From the NCBI RefSeq assembly GCF_006345805.1, contig NC_043012.1, forward strand, positions 56,606,001 through 56,670,000: DNA of 64,000 bases, written 5' to 3'. Below are positions 1 through 11,056 of the stretch, piece after piece (position 1 is the stretch's first letter; each line of letters opens with the position of its first letter). This stretch comes from Octopus sinensis. Lineage: Eukaryota. The notes below the pieces were generated by a model, which saw only the letters and a program-made list of their open reading frames with translations, was not told the DNA's origin and made no database searches. Made by a program: the position numbers and the translations under genes.

Positions 1-335
1 AGAAACAAAGAATATTGCCAAGTGCCAAAAGGAACGAAGCTTCATTCGTCAAAGAGCAGAAGTAACTGACTTGCACCAACAAATAGCTAAATATAAAATG
101 TGTACATTGGAATAACTTATTTTGTAACCAGGAAGATAAGTTTTGGATACGGTCTTTTGTAAAGAGAGAAATAAAAGCCCGCTCAAGATGTTAGACTCCT
201 CTTCCTCACTGCAAAATACTTTTTTTCACTCCGCAAACCTGTTTGTTTTTACTTCATACAAAACTAGAATATTTATTTGTATGTAATCTCTTGAAAATTA
301 AAACAAGACAAATGGAAATATATTTGAGAATAATT

Positions 336-350
336 TTTATTTTGTTTATT
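336..350 (-). terminator. RPL12 polyadenylation signals (two AATAAA, one overlapping the stop codon)
   Basis: Minus strand GAATAAACAAAATAAAAAT: AATAAA at 350-345 and 341-336. Confidence 0.65.
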
Positions 351-351
351 C
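346..351 (-). CDS. RPL12: RPL12 terminal coding exon (GAA TAA)
   Basis: Strong acceptor tctttttttttattgcag|GAA TAA followed by AATAAA. Brings the CDS to 498 nt (165 aa, ending DVPAE), as expected for RPL12, whose human gene also ends in a 6-nt coding exon (recalled). Confidence 0.85.
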   Translation of the reverse strand, partial: E

Positions 352-1384
352 CTGCAATAAAAAAAAAGAGAAAATTGAATTAGTATCATTTTAGGAAAGG
401 ATATTAAATTAAGACATTCCAATATATAGAAAAATTTAAATATTTCAATATGTGCTTTAAGAACAGAACCTGTAAAATAGATTAAAAGCACCCCGCCCTC
501 CATCAAGATTTGCTATCTCTTTCAAATAAGATGAATCAATCAGTGAGTGATTAAGGATACAGGATTTGCTCACAGAAGTTAAAGAAACTATAGTAATTAG
601 CACTTGTCATCTAGATTAGTAGAAAGCAGTCTCACCTCATTAAACCTAATTATTGCCAGACAGTTAAACTCACCAAACTACAATGGGGTTGCAGAGTATA
701 ATTTATCTAACTAAAATGCCCTCTAAGTAGCCATTTGTCTTGAACTCATTTCAAATATAGATGCATGATATTACATCAGAAATATAGTCACAGAAAGAAT
801 CAACATAAGCTTGAAAACGTTCCTTCTTTTTTTTTATATTTTCTTCAAACACTAAATGTTCATTATAGAATTCTGGCTCATTAGCTAATACAGCACACTG
901 TTCACAGATGATTCAGGGACTGCTAAGCCAAAATACTAGACTATCCACCACAGTTATTAGATTAGGAACAAACCCTGAGACGCATAAGGATAGAGCCTAA
1001 CTCAGTTACCATGGCATATGACTGACAGTACAACACTCCCTGCTACCCTGAATGAATACTGGTTCATTGCCAATTAGCTTTCCATTATTACTGAAACTTG
1101 TTTAAAGCTGAGAGGACTGGCACAAGATGAAATGTGGTTTGCTCAAAAAACACAAACGCACCACCTAGTCTGGGAATAGAAATCATAATTTTATGATCTC
1201 AAGTGAAACACCATAACTGCTTGGCCACGTGCCTTTGCTAATATAATAGCAGCTGTGTGGTAATTTGACAGGGTTCCATTATATTGCCAAACTCAGCCCG
1301 GAGCCATTCAACTAGAATTCTCAAAGGAACCTAGTTCTGCCATTCTTATAACTCTAGAAACAAATTTTGTAATTTAAAACTTAC

Positions 1385-1476
1385 AGCTGGCACATCGTAT
1401 TCTCCATTGTTAATCATTTCAATGACGTCATGTGGATGGCTTCCGTCAACTGTGCAACCAACTGATTGAGCAGTTC
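1385..1476 (-). CDS. RPL12: RPL12 coding exon 5
   Basis: poly-T tract atag| (G)[30 protein letters not shown] |GTAAGT. 92 nt. Confidence 0.97.
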
Positions 1477-1912
1477 CTATAAAAAAAAAAAAAAAAATTT
1501 TTTTTTGCAATATTTTATCAAGGTATCTTTACAAAATATGTAGCATCAACAAATAACATTTTACAGATGTAAACATAGTGATATCTTGTTATAACCAAAG
1601 TGGAAGGAATATACAACCTGCAAGGGTTCAGTCCCTGGGAAACAGTGAGCTGAGGAGAGGCAGGAAAGACTTAGGGTGCTTATAGTCTCAACCCTCCAGC
1701 AGATTATGCTGTCGAATGTAATGGTTATTATTTATCTTTTTGTTTGTTTGTCATTTGACACTGGCCATGCTTGGGTACCACCATGAAGGGTTTTAGCCAA
1801 ACAAATCAACCCTCGGACTTATTTTTTTAAAGCTCAGTACTTATTCTATCAGTCTTTTTTTGCCAAACTGCTAAGTTATGGGAGAAAGCATGAACACACA
1901 AAGATATGATAA

Positions 1913-2425
1913 ACATTCTTTTATTTGTTTCTGTCATTTGACTGTGGCCATGTTGGAGCATTGCATTTAGTCAAACAAATCGACCCCAGGACTTTGTAAG
2001 CCTAGTACTTTTGCTGAACCACTAAGTTACAGGGAGATAAACACACATTGGTTGTCAAGCGATGGTGGAAGGACAAACACATATATATTTATGACAGGTT
2101 TCTTTCAGTTTCCTTCAAGCAAATCCACCCGCAAGCTTTTGGTCAGCTCGAGGCTACAGTTGAAGACACTTGCCCAAAGTCCCATGGAGTGGGACTGAAC
2201 CCGGAACCATGTGGTTAGTAAGCAAGCTACTTACCACACAGCAGACACACATATATATATATATACGACAAGCTTCTTTCAGTATCCACCTACCAAAACC
2301 ACTCGCAAGCCTTTGGTTGGCCTGAGGATATAATAGAAGACACTTGGCCAAGATGTCAAGCAGTGGGACTGAACCCAGAACCATGTGTTTGGGAAGCAAA
2401 CTACCTACCACAAAACCATGCTTGC
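1913..2425 (-). mobile_element. Two partial SINE family A copies in RPL12 intron 4
   Basis: Repeated aagacacttgcccaa..gtgggactgaacccggaaccatgtgg blocks. Confidence 0.8.
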
Positions 2426-3178
2426 ATATTATTTTGAAGACATGATTGTTCATTTTTAGAATGACATTGTAGGAGAGGTGTGAAAGGTTGCGACCAGTTT
2501 GAACATGAATCAGGTAGAATGTTTGGATCATATGTGGCCAGTCTGTGCATAACTAGAAAACCTACAATGGGGAAACGGAAGCAAGCTACTTGATAGAAAA
2601 GATTGGCTGTTGTACTTTAACCCGTCATTATACAGACATTCTAGAATATGTTTCTCTATGTTAGCATTAATTTTCATAATCATCTTAACAGCTTATTCCT
2701 TACTAATTCACATATTTTATTACAGTATCCTTATTATGTAAGTTATCAAATTAAAAAAACAAACAAAAAATCCTTATCATACCATATTGTTAACCTCCAT
2801 GAATGTGTAGCTGATTTGTTATTTTGCAAGTAATTTAACTGTTGCGTTGTAATTATAAAAGTACTGCAGTATACCAATACATTAAACATTTTAAAAAGTT
2901 CTCCTTCACACTCATGATATTTACAGGGTGATCTATGTCTATCATGTAACACCTTTGATAAATGTATCATACATTCAGAATTAGATTCTCTGGTAGACAA
3001 CAGAAGTGAATTGTACTAAAAATAGGTCACAAGCTCCAGGATTAACATCTATATATCAGATGAAACTAAGCAAATAGATCAAAGTATTCTACTAAAACAT
3101 CATAAGCATTGCCTTAGAATGCACACATATCACCCCTCACCAAGAAACCATGCATTTTTCCTTGACCCCTACATATAA

Positions 3179-3374
3179 TTAACCTATTAGCATTCAGATT
3201 ATTCTGCTAAATGTAATGTTTGTTTTGAATTAATCATGAATTTTCTCATAGAATTTTTCATGATGTGATTACTTATTTTTGTTGGACATTGTAGGGCCGG
3301 TGTGAGAAGTTGTCTCTGGCTGGTTTAAGCATAAAACAGGCAGAATATGTCCAGTTTGAATGCTAAAGAGTTAA
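3179..3374. mobile_element. TTAA-flanked MITE (tagcattc family)
   Basis: ttaacctattagcattcag..gaatgctaaagagttaa. Related copies lie near 13465-13680 and 21340-21502. Confidence 0.6.
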
Positions 3375-3529
3375 AGCTAAAAATGTAGAATGCCTGTCCA
3401 CAACCAAAACACAAAGCCCACACTCTTTGTGTAACAAAGGAACATAGTTAACAACTTCACTTCCCACTTTTTTTTCTTCTTTTAAAGAAGTAATTCACCA
3501 AAATACAAATTAAGAAATCTTCAACAAAC

Positions 3530-3637
3530 CTAAAATTTCTTTACATGTCCCAGCAAGAGTTTTAGACATGCTTCGATCTCTCATTACTCTAGCAACACCC
3601 AAAATATCATCAAATGTTAGGTTTCCGTTGTGTTTAA
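3530..3637 (-). CDS. RPL12: RPL12 coding exon 4
   Basis: ctttcag| (V)KHNGNLTFDDILGVARVMRDRSMSKTLAGTCKEIL(G) |GTTTGT. 108 nt. Confidence 0.97.
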
Positions 3638-4409
3638 CTGAAAGAAAAATGCAGAAATACATTTAGAATCATTTATATAAAAGAATACAAGATATATAAT
3701 GAGGCAGCACACACACCAACATCTCAAACTATTAGATATAGCAGCCGAATCTATTTTTACCAACTGTGACAGTGGCAAGTATTTACTATGGCATTTAGTT
3801 GACCAAAGCCTTGAGTGGATTTGGTAGATGGAAATTAAATGTAGTCCATCATGCATGCCTGCGTGTGTGAACATGTCTCCTAGCTTCAATATTTCATGAC
3901 TGTTGCAAATAAATATTATTCATTTCCAATACTCTCTGAAACATATCTGGCCATGGGGAAACATTAGCTCATTAAGAAACAGGCATGGAAGGGCATTTGA
4001 CCATAGAAAACTTGCTTTTAGATAATGTCTTACTAAACCATGCAAACCATGGAAAAGCGGGCATTAAAATGATAAAATCAACAATCTTTTCTTTCTCCGG
4101 GTAGCCATGATGTCAAAGAGCACTTGTTCTGCACACAGAAAGATGCAGTGATCATAGGCCTCCAAACATGCACATTACAAAACAACCTGTCAGCTCAACA
4201 CATGCAGTTGATAACACTGACCTAAGAAGAATCAAAAATAAATTTGGTTGGATTTGAACCCAGAACATAAAAGACCACAACTAAATAGTGCAAAGAATTT
4301 TGCCAAACACACTTATGATATAGTTAGTCGACAACTTTGATAATGAAGAATGATTCAAATTTCAAAAGATATGCACAAAGAGGAAGAAAAAAATAAAAAG
4401 GCTACTCAC

Positions 4410-4590
4410 CATGTTTTACTTTCTTACGGTCCCTTGGTGGCTCTTTGAGAGCTTTGATTATAAGTGATGCAGCACTAGGTACAATAGACACTGCAGCTTG
4501 ACGATTCTGGATTGTTAATTTTACAGTAATTTTCAGTCCTTTACAGTCAGCTGTACCTTTGGCAATATCATCACCAACTTTCTTGGGAGA
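4410..4590 (-). CDS. RPL12: RPL12 coding exon 3
   Basis: tttcag| [60 protein letters not shown] |GTGAGT. 181 nt, inside ORF 4402..4698. Confidence 0.98.
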
Positions 4591-5949
4591 CTGAAATAGA
4601 GAGAGAGAAAATTTTTTTTTATATAAACACCAACCCAATAAATAAACCACAACAAATTTGTGTTGAATAGCAAAATATATCAGACTTTTCTCAACCATTA
4701 CAACACTAAATGACTAACCAGGGTATAAAACACTTTTTGCAAAATGATTGAAAAATATTGCACTTTTATATAGATACTTCACTTCTAATAAAATTTCATC
4801 AGGAAAAGGCAATTTAATGTTAAAAAAACACTCTTTCTCTCGTGTTTGAAATATATATAGACACAAGCGTGATTGTGTAGTAAAAAGCTCGCTTCCCAAC
4901 CATACTGTTCCAGGTTCAAGTCCTAATGTGTGGCACCTTAGGCAAGTGTCTTTTATTATAGCCTTAAGTCAATCAAAGCTCTGAGTGGAATTGGTAGACA
5001 GAAACCAGTTGTGGTGTGTGTGTATATATATATGTATATAGGTGTGTCTGTGCTTATTCTCTGTAACTTAGTAGTCCAGCAAAAGATACAGAATAAGTGG
5101 GGTTGATTCATTTGGCAAAAAATTTCTCAAAGCAGTGCTCCAGTATGGCTACAGTTTATAACTTAAAATGGTATTAAAACATTTAGATTGTTTTATAACC
5201 AATAAATACTGCAACACTCCGACCAAACACTGAAATCATATCAAGGGAGTCCAATTTCAAGTTTGCTCAACCAAACATTAACAGCATGACTGGGGCTAAG
5301 AAGCTCAGTTTGCAATCACATGGTTTAGATTTGGTCCCACTGTGCAGCACCTTGGGCAAGTATCTTCTATGTTACGGGGTGGGTGGGCATAAACACATCA
5401 ATGGTTGTCCAGCTGCAGTAGAGGACAAACAGACACGCATAATACACAGCGGGCTTCTTTCACTTTCTGTATACCAAAACCACGCAGAACTCTTTGGCTG
5501 GTCCAAGCCAAGACACTTGTTTAAGGTGCAATGCAGTGGGACTGAACCCAGAATGTAGTTGGAAACAAACTTCTTACCATACAGCCACACCTGCGCATAT
5601 AATAGAATAAAAAAAATTCTGGCCTACACTTAACGAATTTGTTTCCTCATAATTCTTTTGAAAATGCTTCAGACCATTCACTACCTTGAGTGAATTTGGT
5701 GAACAGAAACTGCGTGGAAGCCTGCCATGTGCTTTTGCCCGTTTAACAACCAGAATGCAACTTAGTAATTTGGCAAAAGGGACCGATAGAATGAGTACCA
5801 ACTAAATACTAGGGTCAATTTTTTAAAACTGAATCCCCTTCAAAATGGTGCCCCAGCATAGCCAATAACTGAAACAAATCAAAGTTTTCACAAACTCAAC
5901 CCCACCCCAAAAGAACTTTAGAAAAGTAAAATGCGAAATATTAACTTAC

Positions 5950-6023
5950 CAAACCCAAAGGACCTATTTTGGGAGCCAATGAAGAGGTACCAGGCACCTC
6001 ACCACCAACAGCTCTGATGTAAA
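5950..6023 (-). CDS. RPL12: RPL12 coding exon 2
   Basis: tttcag| (V)[24 protein letters not shown] |GTAAGT. 74 nt; phase matches exons 1 and 3. Confidence 0.97.
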
Positions 6024-8130
6024 CTGAAAATATAAAAAACAAAAGTTAAAAATAATCATAACGGAGCTATATTTTCAGGATAAAAGCTATATATAAAAAT
6101 AATCATAATGCAGCCATATTTTCCGAATAAAAGCCTCATGATTTTCAGTATAACATGCACACTATGCTTGTGTATTATACTATGTTATAATAGAATATTT
6201 AAATTCTATTTAAACACTTTTCTTTCAGAGCAAATTCAAGGCCATCATTGTTGTAACATCCACTTTTCCAAGTCAGCATAGGTAATATGGTGTTTGAGGT
6301 AGATTTTCTATGGTCAAATGTTCTTCCTCACCCTTCTCCAAACATGTTTTCGTCAGTACCCTGTAAAGCGAGTGGCACCCAACCGTAGAGACCAAGCCAA
6401 AACAGAGTCTGGGCAGCTCTTACTGACTAATGTCCCGTCAAACCCATGCCAACATGGAAAAAATGTTAAAGGATTAGAAATGACACCTTTTAGTGTGATT
6501 GATATTTACTTTACAACTACCACATGATGTCAAGACAAGGAGACACCAGCACATATATACACATTTATATTTACAATGAACTTCTTTCAGTTCCTATTTA
6601 TGAAATCCACTCAAGGGTTTGGTTGCGCCAGGACCAGAATAAAAGGGTTAAACCAAAGCGTTAAGCCCGGTCAAAAAAAAATTGTGTAATAGGCGTAAAA
6701 TAACTTCCTCTAAACGATTATGAAAAAAAAAATGCGCGCACGCGAAAGGGGAGTAGGGGAGAGACCTCGGAAATTTCACATCTTCAGTCCACGGCCTTTA
6801 AACTAAGAAAAAAAATAGTGTAATTGGTGTAAAACCACTTGTTCTAAACGATTATCAAGAACACACACTCACACATGAATCATAAACTCCATATTTTTGT
6901 ACGTATTTCGCAAAAAAAAAAAAAAGGAGAAATTCTGGAAAAAGTAGACTGGCAGCTGATGCAGTTTCGCATCTCCCCTTGTAGCCGCGGAGACTGTTGT
7001 AGTCCTAGGTATATAAAATAAAGTATGTTGAGACTGCTGGAGTACTTTCGGTCATAGGTCTTTTAGATAAGAGCTGTCCTAGAAGTAACAATCTAAAAAA
7101 TAGATTACCTTGAAAGAGATAACTTTAAAATATCTACAATTTTATGTCTTGAATTAGATGCCACACTTTCCAACTTAGTATATAGAAGGACGCTTACGAC
7201 TATCGATCAATTAATCCAAGTTTATTGATATATATTCGCCTACTTTCAGAGTTACGGCCCTTCGACAGCGCCTTTTTAAAAGTGCTCTCTTAATTCTGCT
7301 TAATATCCCATTATTTTTTATTTCCTTCTAATTTCAGGAAAGCAATTCTAAGTTCGTCATCATGATATACTTTATGGAAAACATGAGTGTTAAGACTCGA
7401 TTGACTGCGTGGCATCTTGGGCCAAAATATCCAGTCAGTCTCTTGTCACAGACAAGATGCTACCATATGATTTATTTTATCGTGGCACTGGTTATATAAC
7501 ATCTGCCCATAATTTTGTTTAATCGGGCATCTTCCATTATTTTACCACGGGTCATTGTAAAAAACGGGTATTTATATAAAGTTTCATCACCCCACCCCAT
7601 TTTCCTAAAAGACGAGGGAAAAACTCGTATCTTGTGAATTTTCCGAATTCTTCTCCCCACCCCCATTACTTTCTGCGTGTTTTTGTTTTCATATTGGTAT
7701 TAAAAAAAGTTACTTTACTGAAAAGGATAAAATTCCATAATAAATGATCCAGGATTATTTTGTTACCCCTATTTATCAATGTTAGGTACAAGGAGATTCA
7801 AACTAAAAGTGGGGCTGAAACTGCATTAGCCCCCTAAACAAGTTCCCGAAAACGAACATTCCAGACTTGGATATGCTTCATCTTTCGAGTGACACTCGGA
7901 ATGATATTAAGAAACTTCCATCGTTCAAACTTTGTTTATTATTTACAATTTAAATTGCGAACATGCAAATCAAACGGCAGCGACAGATTTTGATAAGATA
8001 TATATTTTTAGACACAACTAGATTGATATTCCCCATCAACAACTTCCTTTCTTCATAACTTACAGAAAAAAAAATCCATGTTTTTTTTTCGTTCAAATTA
8101 ATGAAATTCTGCACAGATGATTTCAATCAT

Positions 8131-8362
8131 CGTCTCTAGTAGACCTTTCCGTCGATTTCCGTAAAAATTTTTTTTTTACATAAGGGCTTGCGGGAACTTT
8201 TGAAGTAATGAGAGCGAAAGAGACTAAGAGAAAGCGATTGTATGACGAGAGAAGTTCTTTTGAAGTTACCGTGCATGGGAGCATTGATGTACATGTGTGT
8301 TTGATGGGGTGTGGGAGACAGACAGTATGTTGTGTAATCGACGGAAAGGTCTACTAGAGACG
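8131..8362. mobile_element. MITE-like element with perfect 27-bp TIRs
   Basis: cgtctctagtagacctttccgtcgatt (8131-8157) and its exact reverse complement at 8336-8362. No clear TSD. Confidence 0.7.
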
Positions 8363-9178
8363 AAAGATCGCCTTATATTGTGGCCATGCTGGTACACCGC
8401 CACGAACAAATCGATCACAGTACTTTTTTAAAGTTTGGTACTTATCTATTATCGTTCCCATTTGTCGAACGGCTACGTTACGGGGGGACATAAAATAAAC
8501 ACACCATCAATAGTTGTCCAGCTGTAGTAGAGGACAAACAGACACACATAATACACGGCGGGCTTCTTTCAGTTTCCGCTTACTAAAACCACTCACGACT
8601 TTGGCCGATCCAAGGTGCAACGCAGTGGGACTGAACCTAGAATGTGGTTGGGAAACAAACTTCTTACTACACAGCTACACCTGCGCATATGTTGATAAGA
8701 ATAAAAAAAAAAAACCTTTGTAAGCAGTTTCGGATGATTGTCCTACACTTATAGAATTTGTTACTTCATAACTCTTTTGAAAATGCCAATTATTCAACGA
8801 CATTTTGTAGAATTGTTTTCTAGAATGTAAATTACGTTATAAATCAAAGACTTTTTCACAAAGTTATGAAGAAAACGAAATCGGGAGGCGCACCAACCTG
8901 TAATTATGTCTCATTTCCCTTCAGACCATATTACACATGTTGGATTTTATACCACGAGGAAACAACATTTTCCTTTCTGTGATATTTTGTATCAAGAAAA
9001 TAATGTTAGAGTAACCCGCACGAACAACTTTTGCAAGTGTTACGAAGGGAAAGGTTTAAAAAAATTGTTTAATAATTAAAGTTGTGTCGAAGATTCCAAG
9101 TATGGCGAAATTAAGTTCGCTGCCCATCATGATGTCCTAAGACTTCATTTGTATTGCGTGGCATCTCGGGCCAAATAT

Positions 9179-9347
9179 CTAGGTACAATTTAAGAAGAGT
9201 GGTCCCGGTGCGAGCACTCGCGCATCCACTCTAGCTAGTCGTGACTAGTGGATCCTACCACGACTACCTAGCAAAGTAAATAAAACAGAAAGGGTCGACT
9301 AGCTAGCGCGGATGCGCGCACCGGGACCACGCTTAAATAGTACCTAG
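9179..9347. repeat. GC-rich imperfect inverted repeat / branched hairpin
   Basis: ctaggtac.atttaag..gtggtcccggtgcg..gcatcc..tagctagtcg pairs with cgactagcta..ggatgc..cgcaccgggaccac..cttaaat.gtacctag. Confidence 0.85.
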
Positions 9348-9997
9348 ACATTCAGGTAAAAAAACAATGAAGGAGCCAATGATGACAAAAACTAATTAAT
9401 ATTAACCTCTATTTATTTTATAAACACCAAGATGTCGTACTTAGGAACTTTTGTAGACATTCAGAGATTCTAGGATGTTTTTTTATGCAGCTCCTTTCGT
9501 TTTGTGCATATTTAACAACTACCGAAATTGGATAGTAACCAGAAGGGATCTCGTGGCACAGACTTGCGCCTACAATTCAGAACCATTCTCATCGATAATT
9601 AACGTTTAGGGTACGTTTTTATATGGAATCCTCGATCCCGTATACGCCGTTCGGCTGTTGGAATAATTAGGATACTCACCGGCGAAACTTACGGAGATTC
9701 GTTTACATATAAAAATTGGGTGGTAATATGGTGTTATGGCTCGCTATGTTCAATACGTTAAAAACAGGAATAGATTATTTTCTCATTATAGATTACATTT
9801 TTAAAACATAAATATGAATATATATATATAAATAAATATATATACACAACAGTTATTCGCATAAATAAAAGATCAATAACAAAGTAATAGTTCACACATT
9901 TAAACTTTTATAATGTGGTATGACTCCATCACAGATGTGTACGAAACACATGCTATTTAAAGGAAAAAGTGTTCAAATAAAAAACATAGTGGCTTAC

Positions 9998-10034
9998 CGA
10001 TATGAACGGCACTCGGATCGAATTTAGGTGGCAT
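9998..10034 (-). CDS. RPL12: 60S ribosomal protein L12 (uL11), coding exon 1 of 6
   Basis: ATG CCA CCT AAA TTC GAT CCG AGT GCC GTT CAT ATC G|GTAAGC = MPPKFDPSAVHI, the canonical RPL12 N-terminus. 37 nt, phase-1 donor. Confidence 0.96.
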
Positions 10035-10217
10035 ATTGGATGTGTTTTAGATGTTTTATAAAATCCTATTTAATGACTATGGTGTTGGATGAGCTAAGAT
10101 TAGCACGACCAAAAATTTGGTGCACCAAAGACAGTAAATGGCTAACCGGAAAAGAAAGAACGATTGAGTTCCGGTAAAGAGGAGATAACTCAGCCCAGTA
10201 GTTATAACAATAACACG
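10035..10217. promoter_or_regulatory. Divergent (bidirectional) promoter/5' UTR region shared by RPL12 and KPTN
   Basis: Only 183 bp separate the two ATGs. Minus-strand pyrimidine tracts TTCTTTCTTTTCC (10160-10148) and TCTCCTCTTT (10185-10176) resemble TCT/5'TOP starts. There is an inverted pair of ACCGGAA ETS-like motifs (10145-10151 on +, 10175-10169 on -). Confidence 0.75.
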
Positions 10218-10739
10218 ATGGGTGGAAGATGGCAATGGATTGATGCTCATTTTAGTTGCCTTCCTTCTCAGAGCAATGTCTATGGTTTAACAACGTTCTC
10301 TAAAGCTGATGGCACTACAAAATTACTGACAGGATGTATGAATGGCAAAGTAATGAGCGTGGAGTACCACAAACATTCAGACAAATTACGGCCGTCCTCC
10401 AGAGAAATCCAATTTACATATATCCCTGGTGATGCCGAACTTGTAGCTATCGACGCTTTTCGTAAGGTATTTCATGATGACGAACTTATAATCGGAATTG
10501 CTTTCCTGAAATTAGAAGAAAATGAAAACAAAACATGTCAGTTTTTGAATATTTATTCTTCTTGGGAAAAAGAATTGGATATTAAACCGAACTCAGATCA
10601 AGTAACACCTATATGTCAGTATTTGAAGTTGGAATTTATACCCTATCAGCTCACGCACACTCAATTAATTACCAAAAATTCGAAGGAAACTGTATTCTTA
10701 TTGAGTGGAAACGATAAAAAGGTTCACTTATATCGAGAG
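10218..10739 (+). CDS. KPTN: Kaptin (KICSTOR complex subunit), coding exon 1 of 2
   Basis: ATG in good context (A at -3, G at +4). Motifs SQSNVYGL, REIQFTYIPGDAELVAID, FLNIY and ETVFLLSGND..HLYRE match vertebrate kaptin. Phase-0 donor GAG|GTTTGT. Confidence 0.93.
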
Positions 10740-10891
10740 GTTTGTAATCATTATTATTGTAAAAAAAAGACAACGATCACAATTGTAGCCCTTCCTCCCC
10801 TAGCTGACTTTGTTTCCTCATAACTTTCAGAAAAGTAGGTAGGCTTATATCTTGATGAAATTTTTTTACAAACCCTTGCAGATGGTGTAGG

Positions 10892-11056
10892 TTACGATTA
10901 TATCGGAATTTAATGTTGAGAAAAAAATTTAGAAGGTGCGCACATCACATATCACAAATTTTTCAAAATTTCTAGTTTCATTTTGTAAATAGGCCTATAT
11001 GTGATGTGTTCAACCACAAATTTTTGTTTTTCGTATTAATTCCGATATAATTGTAA
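10892..11056. repeat. Imperfect foldback (MITE-like) early in the KPTN intron
   Basis: ttacgattatatcggaatt / aattccgatataattgtaa ends, plus an inner cacatcacata / tatgtgatgtg pair. Confidence 0.75.

Noticed and set aside
352-5949. Intronic snoRNA in RPL12 (human RPL12 hosts SNORA65)
   Set aside because: No convincing H/ACA two-hairpin or C/D box pair with a terminal stem was found on the RPL12 strand. The best C/D-like pair (3103-3056) is too short and has a mismatched C box. A snoScan/snoGPS/Infernal run would settle it.
6764-6790. CTGAAGA..GAAA on the minus strand as another hammerhead (similar hits at 19890-19905 and 33645-33675)
   Set aside because: No stem II and/or no stem I/III pairing.
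10035-10145. Possible mimic of the 28S GTPase-centre RNA in the RPL12 5' leader (TTAGCCATTTA..TTAGCTCA)
   Set aside because: Only short scattered matches with no supportable H43/H44 fold; too weak.
10164-10217. TTG-initiated N-terminal extension of KPTN in the ORF track
   Set aside because: There is no homology upstream of the ATG at 10218, which has good context. The region overlaps the presumed promoter.
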